From positions 140,269-204,268 of the forward strand of contig JBKEBX010000012.1 in assembly GCA_047973385.1 (NCBI GenBank): a stretch of DNA of 64,000 nucleotides. Direction: 5' to 3'. Of the stretch, positions 26,055 through 36,028 are shown in pieces. Position 1 is the stretch's first letter; the number at the start of each line of letters is the position of its first letter. The translations under genes were made by a program, and so were the position numbers. The notes beneath the pieces were generated by a model. The model had not been told where the DNA came from, did no database searches, and saw nothing but the letters and a program-made list of their open reading frames with translations. Origin of the DNA: Lachnospirales bacterium (GTDB lineage: Bacteria > Bacillota > Clostridia > Lachnospirales > CAMZNU01).

Positions 26055-26534
26055 ATGAGTAGAAATAAAATTTGCATTATTATATCTTGGGCATTAGTTA
26101 TACTTTGGTGTTTGCTTATTTTCCGATTTTCATCACAAGTTAGAGAAACCTCAAATACTTTAAGTACAGGCATAACTGAAATTATTAAAAACTTTTTAGA
26201 GTCTATTGCTCCAAATCAAGTTTTTGATTTAGAAAACTTAAACCACATAATTAGAAAGATGGCTCATTTTTGCGTATATCTTGGACTTGGTTTTTTGCTT
26301 TTAAATGCATTTTATGTATCTGATATGTATAGTTTTAAGTTTATTCTAATTACTTTGGGTTTATGTGTATTATACGCTATAAGTGATGAAATTCATCAAA
26401 TGTTTGTGCCTGGCCGAGGACCTCAAGTAAAAGATGTTTTTATAGATAGTGCAGGTTCTTTAACAGGTATTGCTATATATTGCTTTATAGTAATGTTATG
26501 GAATAAATTTTTTGACAAGAAAAATATAATATAA
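26055..26534 (+). CDS. VanZ-like family membrane protein
   Basis: Four predicted TM helices, with KMAHFCVYLGLG and DEIHQMFVPGRG motifs. Start at the internal ATG 26055. Confidence 0.7.
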   Translation: MSRNKICIIISWALVILWCLLIFRFSSQVRETSNTLSTGITEIIKNFLESIAPNQVFDLENLNHIIRKMAHFCVYLGLGFLLLNAFYVSDMYSFKFILITLGLCVLYAISDEIHQMFVPGRGPQVKDVFIDSAGSLTGIAIYCFIVMLWNKFFDKKNII

Positions 26535-26577
26535 TTTAACACATATAAAATCTATATATGGAAATACTAAATAAAAA

Positions 26578-26642
26578 GGTTACCTCTAAAAACTCAATTT
26601 GTTTAATCGAAAGATAAAAACAAGCGAGTGTATAGAGATTTC
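26578..26642. repeat. Imperfect long hairpin of the GGTTACCTCTAAAAACTCA repeat family
   Basis: GGTTACCTCTAAAAACTCAATTTGTTT ... AAACAAGCGAGTGTATAGAGATTTC. Related copies lie at 35058..35128 and 19119..19146. Confidence 0.45.
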
Positions 26643-26663
26643 TGAAAAAATTTATGAGGTATT

Positions 26664-28061
26664 ATGGAATTAGATTTTGTTGTGGAAAAAATTAAAAGTA
26701 AGTTAAATGTTGATAAAAGCTTTGATATTGTTGGTCGGGATATTTTTATTGGTGATAAAAAAGGATATTTTGTATTTGTCGATGGTTTTGCTAAAGACGA
26801 TGTTTTGTATTATTTACTTGAAAATATTCAAAAGGCTAAGCCTTTTAGTAATCTTGGAGATTTTCTTGCAAAAGAAATAGCATATATAGAAAGCGAAATA
26901 GTAAAAGACGACAATGAGTATGATAAATTAGTTTTATCGGTTTTATGTGGTATGTTTGCTTTAGTTATTGACGGATATGATGAATATATATTAATTGACT
27001 CCAGACAATACCCTATGCGTTCTGTAACAGAAAGCGAAGTTGAAAAAGTTATACGAGGTGCAAAGGATTCATTTGTTGAAACAATAGTTTTTAATACGGC
27101 ACTAATACGTAGAAGAATTAGGTCTGAAAAACTGATTTTTGAAATGGAGCAAATAGGTGAATATTCTAAAACTGATATAGCTATATCATACATTGATGGT
27201 TTAGTTGATGAAAAAGTATTAGAAGAAGTAAAATCAAGGATAAAAAGTATAAATACAAAGGCTGTTATTTTAGGAGCTGAATATATAGAAGATTTGTTAT
27301 TTAAGAAGAAATGGTATAATCCTTTGCCTCTTGTTAAATACACAGAGCGTCCTGATGTAGCTGCAGCTTATTTATCTGAAGGGCATATTTTACTTATAAT
27401 TGACACTTGTCCAGTAGGTATTGTGTTACCTATTACTATTTTGCAATTTGCCCAACATATTGGTGATTATAATGTAAAGTTTATAAACGGCACTATTGCA
27501 AAGATAATGCGTTTTGTTGCTATAATTTCTTCTGTTATCTTTATACCGATTTTTATTTATTTAGCAGAGAATACTAAGGTTTTTGAGGAACTATCAAAAA
27601 AAGGTGACACACCTGAAGAAATGCTTTTTTCTTTTTCTGTACAAATTATTATTTTAGAAATTGCATTTTTAAGTTTACAAATGTCATCGCTACACATACC
27701 TACACAAATTGCCCCTTTGTTTGCAATCGTGGGAGGTTTGCTTTTAAGTGATGTTGCTATAAAACTTGGTATAGTAAATCCTATAACCCTCATAGCTATG
27801 GCTATAACAGTTATAAACACTTATAGTATACCAAGTATAGAGTTTTCTGACGCAATAAGGATTTTTAGGTTTTTTATGATACTTATGACAGGCTTTTTTG
27901 GAATTGTAGGTTTACTTATTTCTTTGATAATTGTAATTGGTATAACTTATTCAACGGAAGTTGTTAAAGGAGCAAAAAAGTATACTTATCCGATTGTTCC
28001 CTTTAATTTTAACGACTTGAAAAGCTTGTTGTTTAGAGAAAATGCAAAGGATATGAAGTAG
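26664..28061 (+). CDS. Spore germination protein, GerA-family A subunit / SpoVAF-like
   Basis: GerA-family pattern: an N-terminal soluble domain, ESEVEKVIRGAKDSFVE, and C-terminal TM helices. It is 465 aa long. Confidence 0.8.
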   Translation: MELDFVVEKIKSKLNVDKSFDIVGRDIFIGDKKGYFVFVDGFAKDDVLYYLLENIQKAKPFSNLGDFLAKEIAYIESEIVKDDNEYDKLVLSVLCGMFALVIDGYDEYILIDSRQYPMRSVTESEVEKVIRGAKDSFVETIVFNTALIRRRIRSEKLIFEMEQIGEYSKTDIAISYIDGLVDEKVLEEVKSRIKSINTKAVILGAEYIEDLLFKKKWYNPLPLVKYTERPDVAAAYLSEGHILLIIDTCPVGIVLPITILQFAQHIGDYNVKFINGTIAKIMRFVAIISSVIFIPIFIYLAENTKVFEELSKKGDTPEEMLFSFSVQIIILEIAFLSLQMSSLHIPTQIAPLFAIVGGLLLSDVAIKLGIVNPITLIAMAITVINTYSIPSIEFSDAIRIFRFFMILMTGFFGIVGLLISLIIVIGITYSTEVVKGAKKYTYPIVPFNFNDLKSLLFRENAKDMK

Positions 28062-28086
28062 GTTACCGTAAAATAAGGAGATAAAT

Positions 28087-28650
28087 ATGATAATAACTAC
28101 TTCTGATTTTGGTTTTAAAACCATAGAGAACATGAAAATTCATGGGTTTTTTGAAAAAAGTTTAGATTTAGTAAATGAAGTTGATTGGGTTGCTACAAAG
28201 GATTTTAACAATATTGCTAAAAATCATTGTGGAGCAGTTGCTGTTACAAATATTATTATGTACTTAGATAAAAAGTATAGAGTTAAAGAAAAATCTAATA
28301 AACTGATTTTTAGGAAAGTTCACAAAACAATTGGCAACGGGCCTATATTTAACATAACTTATGGGCTTAAAGCATATTATAAATCTCTTGGGAAAGATTT
28401 GACTATTTATAAAGTTAAAAATGTTTCAGAGTATAAAAGAGCTATCCATAACAATATGCCTGTAGGTATCTTAGTTGCTAACGGTGTAAAAGGGTGGCAT
28501 TGGATTGTTGGTATAGGATATAGACAATATAAAAATGGTGAATTATACTTTATAGTAAAAGACGGTTGGAATAAAAAAGCAAATCGATATTACATGATAA
28601 ATAAAGGCTCTAGGTTGCTAACAGCTACTGCGTATGGAATGGCAACCTAA
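28087..28650 (+). CDS. Hypothetical protein, possibly a papain-fold (C39-like) cysteine peptidase
   Basis: Candidate Cys (KNHCGAVAVTNI) and His (GWHWIVGIGY) motifs only. This is a weak assignment. Confidence 0.4.
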   Translation: MIITTSDFGFKTIENMKIHGFFEKSLDLVNEVDWVATKDFNNIAKNHCGAVAVTNIIMYLDKKYRVKEKSNKLIFRKVHKTIGNGPIFNITYGLKAYYKSLGKDLTIYKVKNVSEYKRAIHNNMPVGILVANGVKGWHWIVGIGYRQYKNGELYFIVKDGWNKKANRYYMINKGSRLLTATAYGMAT

Positions 28651-28673
28651 AACAAGAAAATTTAGCAAAAAAC

Positions 28674-28716
28674 GAAGAAAGTAGCAAGGCTATGTTAAAA
28701 ACCTTACTACTTTCTT
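28674..28716. terminator. Hairpin between convergent genes (28087..28650 and kbl)
   Basis: GAAGAAAGTAGCAAGG ... CCTTACTACTTTCTT followed by a T run. Confidence 0.6.
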
Positions 28717-28755
28717 TTTATATTTGTTATTATTTAGGGACAATTTAAGGTAAAA

Positions 28756-29943
28756 TTACATAAGTTTATTTATAACATCAACAATAATATTAAATGCTTT
28801 ATCTAGTTCTTCATAACTTAAAGTATCAGATATTTGTAAGCGAACACGAGCTTCACCTTCAGGAACAACAGGGAAACCAAAACCAGTAGTATACAAGCCT
28901 TGCTCCATCATCATTTCAGCAGCTTTTATAGCAACGGCTGTTTCACCAACAATAATTGGTATAATAGCAGAATCACCGTCAAGAGGCTTAAGTCCAGCAT
29001 CTTTTAACTTTTTACGCATATATTCTGTTTTTTCTTTTAAAGATGAAACAATATTTGGGTTATCTCTTAAAAAGTCAATACTTGCACTACCTATTGCACA
29101 TAAAACAGGAGGAAGTGAATTGCTAAATAGATGAGGGCGGCTTTTTTGGATAAGAAGCTCTGTTACATCTTTTGTACTTGCTATAAAACCTCCACCTGCA
29201 CCACCAAGAGCTTTACCTAAGGTACCTGATACAAGGTCAACGCCCTCTGTAATATTATAATATTCCATAGTACCACGACCTGTTTTACCGATCACACCAG
29301 TGGAATGAGAATCATCAACCATAAGTATAGCATTATATTTTTTACAAAGTGCAATAATTTCAGGTAGCTTACAAATGTCACCTTCCATTGAAAATACGCC
29401 GTCAGTAACAACTAGGGCAACACCACAATCTTTTGTTTCAATAAGTCTTTCTTCAAGACTTTCCATATCAGAATGTTTATAAACTTTTTTAAGTACGCCC
29501 TTGCCGGCAAGTCTACAACCGTCAATTATAGATGCGTGGTTAAGTTCATCAGATATAATTACATCACCGTCATTTACAAGAGCAGGAATAACTGCATTGT
29601 TTGCTGAAAAACAAGATGTATAAGTAATTGAACTTTCAAAGCCTAAAAAATCGGCAATATTTTGTTCTAAAACTCTATGAATTTCAAAAGTTCCACATAT
29701 AAATCTTACAGAACTTGCACCACAGCCATAGTTGTCCAAAGCTTCTTTTGCTTTTTCAACTACATATGGATTATTACTCATACCAACATAGTTGTTACTA
29801 CACATAATTATACGTTCACCAAAGTTTTCAACAGTTGCTGTACTATTTAAAGGGCTTTGTAAGATATTAAGTTTTTTATAAGTACCATTTTTTAAATGGT
29901 TATCAAGAGTTTGTCTTGTTTCTTCATAAAAGTTTTTTCTCAT
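28756..29943 (-). CDS. kbl: 2-amino-3-ketobutyrate CoA ligase (glycine C-acetyltransferase)
   Basis: Alpha-oxoamine synthase pattern (DELNHASIIDG, DDSHSTG, SGTLGKALGG). It is directly downstream of tdh. Confidence 0.9.
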   Translation of the reverse strand: MRKNFYEETRQTLDNHLKNGTYKKLNILQSPLNSTATVENFGERIIMCSNNYVGMSNNPYVVEKAKEALDNYGCGASSVRFICGTFEIHRVLEQNIADFLGFESSITYTSCFSANNAVIPALVNDGDVIISDELNHASIIDGCRLAGKGVLKKVYKHSDMESLEERLIETKDCGVALVVTDGVFSMEGDICKLPEIIALCKKYNAILMVDDSHSTGVIGKTGRGTMEYYNITEGVDLVSGTLGKALGGAGGGFIASTKDVTELLIQKSRPHLFSNSLPPVLCAIGSASIDFLRDNPNIVSSLKEKTEYMRKKLKDAGLKPLDGDSAIIPIIVGETAVAIKAAEMMMEQGLYTTGFGFPVVPEGEARVRLQISDTLSYEELDKAFNIIVDVINKLM

Positions 29944-29944
29944 A

Positions 29945-31000
29945 TTATTTCTCCCATAAGTATTCTAAGTCTAAAACTACTTTACCACATTTACCAGCTA
30001 ACATAAGTTCAAATCCTTTTTCAAATTCTTCAAACTTAAATCTGTGAGTTATAATTTTTTCAAGTTCTAAGCCAGTATCAATAAGCATTTCCATTTTATA
30101 CCAAGTTTCGAACATTTCACGTCCGTATATACCTTTGATATGAAGGCATTTGAAAACAACATCATTCCAGTTAACACTTGCGTTAGTGTCTTGGATACCA
30201 AGCATGGCAATTTTTCCACCATGTTTCATGTTCGTAATCATATCTCTTAAAGCTATTTCGTTACCACTCATTTCAAGTCCCACATCAAAGCCCTCTCTCA
30301 TACCGAGTTCTTTTTGGTAATCTGCAAGAGCAACCTCTTTAGTATTTATAACATGTTTGATACCTATTTTTTTTGCAAGTGCAATACGTTCAGGATTAAC
30401 ATCTGTTAAAACTACATTTCTTGCTCTAATATGTTGGCATATCATAGCTGCCATTATACCAATTGGACCAGCACCAGTGACTAAAACATCTTCTCCCATA
30501 GTATCAAAGGAAAGTGCAGTATGGACAGCATTACCATATGGGTCATAAACTGAATACAACTCTTTTGGAACATTTTTCTTTGTTTTCCATATATTAACAG
30601 CAGGAACTTTAACATATTCGGCAAAACAACCGTTAATGTTAACTCCTATACCTCTTGTATCTTTACATAAATGATATCGACCAGCACGACAGTTTCTACA
30701 TTCACCACATACTAAGTGACCTTCACCAGTAACAATATCGCCGATCTTTAAAGCTTTGACATCGCTTCCGACTTCAACTATTTCTCCTACATATTCATGT
30801 CCCACAGTCATACCTACTTGAATAGTATTTTTAGCCCATTCATTCCATTCGTATATATGTACATCAGTACCACAAATGGCAGTTTTCATAACACGAACCA
30901 ATACCTCATTATTACTGATTTTTGGCACAGGAACTTCCTCTAGCCATAAACCTACTTTATCATGTTTTTTTGTTAAAGCTTTCATAGTTGTTGGTATCAT
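29945..31000 (-). CDS. tdh: L-threonine 3-dehydrogenase
   Basis: Zn-ADH family with ICGTDVHIY, GHEYVGEIVEVG and the CGECRNCRAGRYHLC structural Zn site. It is paired with kbl. Confidence 0.92.
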   Translation of the reverse strand: MIPTTMKALTKKHDKVGLWLEEVPVPKISNNEVLVRVMKTAICGTDVHIYEWNEWAKNTIQVGMTVGHEYVGEIVEVGSDVKALKIGDIVTGEGHLVCGECRNCRAGRYHLCKDTRGIGVNINGCFAEYVKVPAVNIWKTKKNVPKELYSVYDPYGNAVHTALSFDTMGEDVLVTGAGPIGIMAAMICQHIRARNVVLTDVNPERIALAKKIGIKHVINTKEVALADYQKELGMREGFDVGLEMSGNEIALRDMITNMKHGGKIAMLGIQDTNASVNWNDVVFKCLHIKGIYGREMFETWYKMEMLIDTGLELEKIITHRFKFEEFEKGFELMLAGKCGKVVLDLEYLWEK

Positions 31001-31192
31001 AAAGACCTCCTAAAAAATAATCATTTTTACACCTAAAGTATAACATTTATTGGCACTTGTGTAAACAGTGAAAAATAAACAAAAAAAAGTTTATACAGTT
31101 TAGACATATTTTGATAAAAGAAATATACATATTTACAACTATCTTGCAAAATTCTACATATTGTGGTATATTATTAAATTAGAGGTGATTGA

Positions 31193-32098
31193 ATGAAAAT
31201 GGAAGTTAGGGATTTGTGTAAATGCTTTAGCAACAAGGTTGTTCTTGACAACTTGAATTTTGAATTTGAAAGTGGTAAATGCATAGCTGTTTTAGGGAGA
31301 AACGGTGCAGGGAAGACTACTTTATTTAGAACAATACTTGGTATTATAAATCATGATTATGGTGAAATATTAATAGATGGAAAACCCATTGATAAAGATA
31401 AAATAAAGATTGGATATTTGCCTGAAGAAAGAGGTTTGTATTTAAAAAGAACTGTTTATGAACAAATGATGTATTTTGGTCGATTAAAAGGTTTATCTAA
31501 AGAAGTATGTAGTCAAGTTATTGATTTATTGTTGGAGAAACTTGAGGCAACAGAGTATAAGTTTAAACGACTTGAAACTTTATCTAAGGGTAACCAACAA
31601 AAAATTCAACTTGCTATTTCTGTTATAGATAATCCTGATATAATAATTTTTGATGAGCCTTTTTCGGGGCTTGACCTAGTAAGCGCAAAGATTTTAAAGG
31701 ATTTGATAGAAGATTTTGCAAGTAATGGGAAATTGGTTATTTTTTCTAGTCATGAAATTACATATCTAGAAGGGTTTTGTGAATATTTAGCTATTTTGCA
31801 CAATAATAAAATTGAGATAACAGGGAGTATCAGTGAAATTAAGAGTAACTACTCTAAAAATTTAATAAAGGTGTGCTTTAGTAATTATAATAGGGCTGAA
31901 CTTGCCGTTTATGATGCTGAAGTTTTATCGTTATGTAATAATGTTGATATTGATGGTAATGATGTGATTTTTGATTTAAAGGACATAAATTACAAGAATA
32001 AATTACAAAAAGTATTAATTGACAAATCGTGGTACTTTAATTATTTTGAAGTGCATACACCAACATTAGAGGAAATTTTCATTGATAAAGTGGGGTAG
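31193..32098 (+). CDS. ABC transporter ATP-binding protein (ABC-2/NatA-like exporter)
   Basis: Contains GRNGAGKTT, LSKGNQQK and IIIFDEPFSGLD. Confidence 0.88.
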   Translation: MKMEVRDLCKCFSNKVVLDNLNFEFESGKCIAVLGRNGAGKTTLFRTILGIINHDYGEILIDGKPIDKDKIKIGYLPEERGLYLKRTVYEQMMYFGRLKGLSKEVCSQVIDLLLEKLEATEYKFKRLETLSKGNQQKIQLAISVIDNPDIIIFDEPFSGLDLVSAKILKDLIEDFASNGKLVIFSSHEITYLEGFCEYLAILHNNKIEITGSISEIKSNYSKNLIKVCFSNYNRAELAVYDAEVLSLCNNVDIDGNDVIFDLKDINYKNKLQKVLIDKSWYFNYFEVHTPTLEEIFIDKVG

Positions 32099-32105
32099 AG
32101 TATAA

Positions 32106-33407
32106 ATGAGGAGTTTTTTTATTGTTCTAAGTTTTGAACTGTTAGGGTTTTTAAAACACAAAAAAAATTGGATAATTACAATGATTTCCGTTGCAGTTTT
32201 AGCTATTTTTTCAGTTATGCCGATTTTTGTTGATTATGTTAAAAGTAATATAGATGAAAAAAAGATAGGTATAATCATTGGTGACATAGAGTATATTGAT
32301 ATTGAATGTGAAGTTTTTAGTGGTTTTTATGATGACCCAACTATCCAAAGTGATTGTGTTATATATGAGGATTATAGTGAACTTAGGCGAGATTTAATAG
32401 ATGGAAAGTTAAAGGATTATTACTATTTTGATAATGATGAAATTCGTCATTACACTACATCTTATTATATTAACTCCACTAGTACAGATTATGTTGTGCA
32501 AATTTTTAGAAAGTACTATGTTACGGCTAAAATGGAAGAAGTGGGCATAATTGAGGCTCAAGTAGAAATAAACGAGTATTTCAATTCCCTTCGACCTGTT
32601 GAAGTTAGCGTTGGTACAAATAATATTATAGAAGAAGTAGACTTGAATGACGATACTGTTTTTATGGAGTTTGCAATTGGATATATTTTTATAACCTTTA
32701 TGTATATTTCAATTGCTCAGTATGGTTCATATGTAACAACTTCTGTTGCAAATGAGAAGCTAAGCAAGACTATGGAAAGTTTAATATCTTCTACAAAAAT
32801 TAAATATTTAATTACAGGTAAAGTAATCGGTGTTTTTTTTGGTGGGCTTATACAAATGGGAACTATACTTATAGCTACGCTTATATCTTTGCATTTTGGT
32901 GCTGTAAATGCACTTGATGTAACCAATGTAACAGGTATGTTGTCAGGTGATTCAAACATATATACTACATTAATATCAGGTTTAACAGCGAAATATGTGT
33001 TTAATTTTATATTTTTCTATTTATTTGGTTATTTGATTTATTTATTTATTTATGCTGCTTTTGCAGCTACTGTATCTAAAGCAGAAGATATATCAGCATC
33101 AGTTTCAATAGCAACATATACCTTTTTAATTGCACTTTTTTCTGCAATTTTTGTGCTTATGATAGGTGATAATACTATATTACGATTTATATCATATATA
33201 CCACCTTTTACGCCATTAACCATGTTTGCGAGGTATACTTTAGGCACGGCATCTAATATGGAAATGACTTATGCTTACTTTGCACTTGTGTTATTTTCTT
33301 GGTATAGTGCATATATAGCTATTCGTATTTATAAATTTGGTGTTTTAAATTATGGTAACAAGTTATCTTCATTTAGAGTTATACAAAAAAGTGTGTTTAA
33401 AAAATAA
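32106..33407 (+). CDS. ABC-2 family transporter permease (NatB-like)
   Basis: An N-terminal TM helix, a large extracytoplasmic loop and a C-terminal cluster of TM helices. It is adjacent to the ATPase. Confidence 0.7.
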   Translation: MRSFFIVLSFELLGFLKHKKNWIITMISVAVLAIFSVMPIFVDYVKSNIDEKKIGIIIGDIEYIDIECEVFSGFYDDPTIQSDCVIYEDYSELRRDLIDGKLKDYYYFDNDEIRHYTTSYYINSTSTDYVVQIFRKYYVTAKMEEVGIIEAQVEINEYFNSLRPVEVSVGTNNIIEEVDLNDDTVFMEFAIGYIFITFMYISIAQYGSYVTTSVANEKLSKTMESLISSTKIKYLITGKVIGVFFGGLIQMGTILIATLISLHFGAVNALDVTNVTGMLSGDSNIYTTLISGLTAKYVFNFIFFYLFGYLIYLFIYAAFAATVSKAEDISASVSIATYTFLIALFSAIFVLMIGDNTILRFISYIPPFTPLTMFARYTLGTASNMEMTYAYFALVLFSWYSAYIAIRIYKFGVLNYGNKLSSFRVIQKSVFKK

Positions 33408-33649
33408 ATAATTTCGTTAAACTTTAAAAAAGCGTTAATTACATATATTTGAAAATTACTCTTAAATCCTTTATTTAAGCAAGTAAATAAAGTTTGTTAA
33501 AAAGTGACAATCTAAGGCTTAGTATATAAAATGTACAAAAAATAAATAATTTTTATTGCAATATTTACAATTTGTATATTCTTTCATTAATGTGATACTA
33601 AATTTTAGTCATAGTTTTATGGATAAAATTTGTAAAATTTTATGTAAGC

Positions 33650-33678
33650 TTGACGATTTTCGATAAATATTATAAAAT
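33650..33678 (+). promoter_or_regulatory. Sigma-A-like promoter upstream of glnA (TTGACG - 17 nt - TAAAAT)
   Basis: Read directly from the sequence, about 45 nt upstream of the glnA ATG. Confidence 0.4.
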
Positions 33679-33721
33679 TAGTTGAACATATCATTTAAAA
33701 CTTATTGGAGGGCTAGTAATT

Positions 33722-35050
33722 ATGAAAACGAAACAAGATATTTTTAATTTAGTTGAGGAACATGATGTAAAGTTTATTAGATTGATGTTTACGGACATTT
33801 TTGGTCAGGGTAAAAATGTTGCTATAACTGCAAACCAGCTTGAAGATGCTTTGAATAACAAGGTGTTTTTTGATGGTAGTTCTATTCAAGGTTTCGCAAG
33901 AATTGAAGAAAGCGATATGGTTTTACACCCAGATATAGAAACGTTTATGTTATTACCTTGGAAACCACAAAAAGGTAGAGAAGCTAGAATAATTTGTGAT
34001 GTATACACAACAGATGGAAAACCATTTATGGGTGATCCAAGAAATATATTGAAAAAAGTGCTTAAAGAGGCTGATGAGTTAGGTTATACTTTCCATGTTG
34101 GCCCAGAGTGTGAGTTTTTTATTTTCCAATCTGATGACGAGGGAGAACCAACAACAATTACTCATGATAAAGCAGGATACTTTGACTTAGGTCATATTGA
34201 TAATGGTGAAAACTTAAGACGTGAAATTGCATTGACTCTTGAAGAAATGGGCTTTGAAATAGAGGCAAGTCACCATGAATGTGCTGACGGTCAACATGAA
34301 ATTGATTTTAAATATGGCGAAGCACTTCTTACAGCTGATAGAATTATGACTTTTAAACTTGTTGTAAAAACTTTAGCTAGAAGTAACAATTTACATGCGA
34401 CATTTATGCCAAAACCAGTATTTGGAATACATGGTTCAGGTATGCATATAAATATGTCATTATCGGATAAAGATGGTAACAATGTGTTTTATGATGAGTC
34501 ATCAAGTGATGGTTTAAGTTCCATAGCAAATAGTTATATAGCAGGTATTTTAGAACATATTAAAGAAATGACTGCAGTTACAAACCCACTTGTAAACTCA
34601 TACAAGCGTCTTGTACCAGGTTATGAAGCTCCAATTTATATTGCTTGGAGTAGCTCCAACAGAACTCCACTTGTGCGTATACCAGCAAGTCGTGGGGCAG
34701 GTACAAGAGTTGAGCTTAGATGCCCAGATCCGTCAGCTAACCCATATTTAGCACTTGCTTGTTGTCTTGCTTCAGGGCTTGACGGTATAAAAAGAGGCTT
34801 AAAAGCTCCTGATTCAGTAGATGAAAATATTTATCATATGTCAAGTGATGAACTTGATGAAAAAGGTGTTGAAAGTTTACCTCGTGACTTAGGTCAAGCG
34901 GCGAAAATGTTTGCTGAAAGTGAATTCATTAAAGAAGTTGTTGGTGAGCATTTACACAAAACTTATGCGAAAGCTAAGAAAAAAGAATATAAAGAATATA
35001 CGAGACAAGTTTCTAAATGGGAAGTTGATGAGTATTTAGGAATATACTAA
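33722..35050 (+). CDS. glnA: Glutamine synthetase type I
   Basis: Contains FDGSSIQGF, GPECEFF, HHECADGQHEIDF, MPKPVFGIHGSGMH and NRTPLVRIP. Confidence 0.95.
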   Translation: MKTKQDIFNLVEEHDVKFIRLMFTDIFGQGKNVAITANQLEDALNNKVFFDGSSIQGFARIEESDMVLHPDIETFMLLPWKPQKGREARIICDVYTTDGKPFMGDPRNILKKVLKEADELGYTFHVGPECEFFIFQSDDEGEPTTITHDKAGYFDLGHIDNGENLRREIALTLEEMGFEIEASHHECADGQHEIDFKYGEALLTADRIMTFKLVVKTLARSNNLHATFMPKPVFGIHGSGMHINMSLSDKDGNNVFYDESSSDGLSSIANSYIAGILEHIKEMTAVTNPLVNSYKRLVPGYEAPIYIAWSSSNRTPLVRIPASRGAGTRVELRCPDPSANPYLALACCLASGLDGIKRGLKAPDSVDENIYHMSSDELDEKGVESLPRDLGQAAKMFAESEFIKEVVGEHLHKTYAKAKKKEYKEYTRQVSKWEVDEYLGIY

Positions 35051-35057
35051 TATTTAT

Positions 35058-35128
35058 GGTTACCTTTAAAAATTCAGTTTGTTTTTATTTACAAGATAAT
35101 TTAAATTGGTGAGTTTTTAGAGTTTACC
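35058..35128. repeat. Long imperfect hairpin of the GGTTACC...TAAAAA..TCA family between glnA and dapF
   Basis: GGTTACCTTTAAAAATTCA ... TGAGTTTTTAGAGTTTACC. It is placed to act as the glnA terminator. Confidence 0.5.
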
Positions 35129-35150
35129 TTATATACAAAGCGAGGTAATT

Positions 35151-36008
35151 ATGGATTTTTGGAAGATGAATGGTATAGGAAACGATTATGTTTATGTACT
35201 TGATCTTAAAAAGGAAATTAACAACGAAAAAGAACTATCTATAAAAGTTAGTAATAGAAATTTTGGTATTGGCAGTGACGGATTGGTATTAATTAGAAAT
35301 CCACAAAATACTAATTCTAGTGCCGATTTTAGAATGGATATGTATAATGCTGATGGTTCACAATCTGAAATGTGTGGAAACGCAATTAGATGTGTTGGTA
35401 AGTTTGTTTACGATAGTAATTTAACTACAAAAAAAGAAATAATTATTGAAACCCTTGCAGGAGATAAAGTTTTAAAATTAAATGTACTTGAAACTGACAA
35501 TAAGGTTTTAAGTGTTAAAGTGAATATGGGTGAGCCGATTTTACAAGGCTCACTTATTCCTGTATCTAAGGATTTAGATAGAGTTTTTGATGAAGAAATT
35601 ACTGTTTTAGATAAGAAATATTTAGCCAATTGTGTTTCTATGGGTAACCCACATAATGTTATATACTTAGAGAAAGGTGAAGTTGCAAAACTTGACCTTT
35701 TAAGTATAGGTAAATATTTTGAAAATCATGAGCTTTTTCCGAAAAAAGTAAATACAGAGTTTGTGGAAATTATTGATAGAGATAACCTTAAAATGCGTGT
35801 TTACGAAAGAGGTTCGGGGGAAACTTTAGCTTGTGGAACTGGAGCTTGTGCAGTTGCTGTTGTTTCAATTTTAAAGGGTTTATGTAATGAAAAAGTAAAT
35901 ATACATTTACTTGGTGGAGTTTTAGAAATTGAGTATAATCCAAAGGATAATTTTGTATATATGACTGGTAGTTGCGATGTACAGTTTATTGGTAAATACT
36001 TAGGATAA
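35151..36008 (+). CDS. dapF: Diaminopimelate epimerase
   Basis: Contains GNDYV, the first catalytic Cys ([10 protein letters not shown]) and the second ([11 protein letters not shown]). Confidence 0.92.
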   Translation: MDFWKMNGIGNDYVYVLDLKKEINNEKELSIKVSNRNFGIGSDGLVLIRNPQNTNSSADFRMDMYNADGSQSEMCGNAIRCVGKFVYDSNLTTKKEIIIETLAGDKVLKLNVLETDNKVLSVKVNMGEPILQGSLIPVSKDLDRVFDEEITVLDKKYLANCVSMGNPHNVIYLEKGEVAKLDLLSIGKYFENHELFPKKVNTEFVEIIDRDNLKMRVYERGSGETLACGTGACAVAVVSILKGLCNEKVNIHLLGGVLEIEYNPKDNFVYMTGSCDVQFIGKYLG

Positions 36009-36028
36009 AATATAAAAAGGAGAAGGTT

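Noticed and set aside
33480-33520. TGTTAAAAAGTGACA upstream of glnA as a GlnR/TnrA box
   Set aside because: The half-sites are separated by 5 nt rather than the 7 nt of the TGTNA-N7-TNACA consensus. The site also lies about 150 nt upstream of the best promoter candidate.
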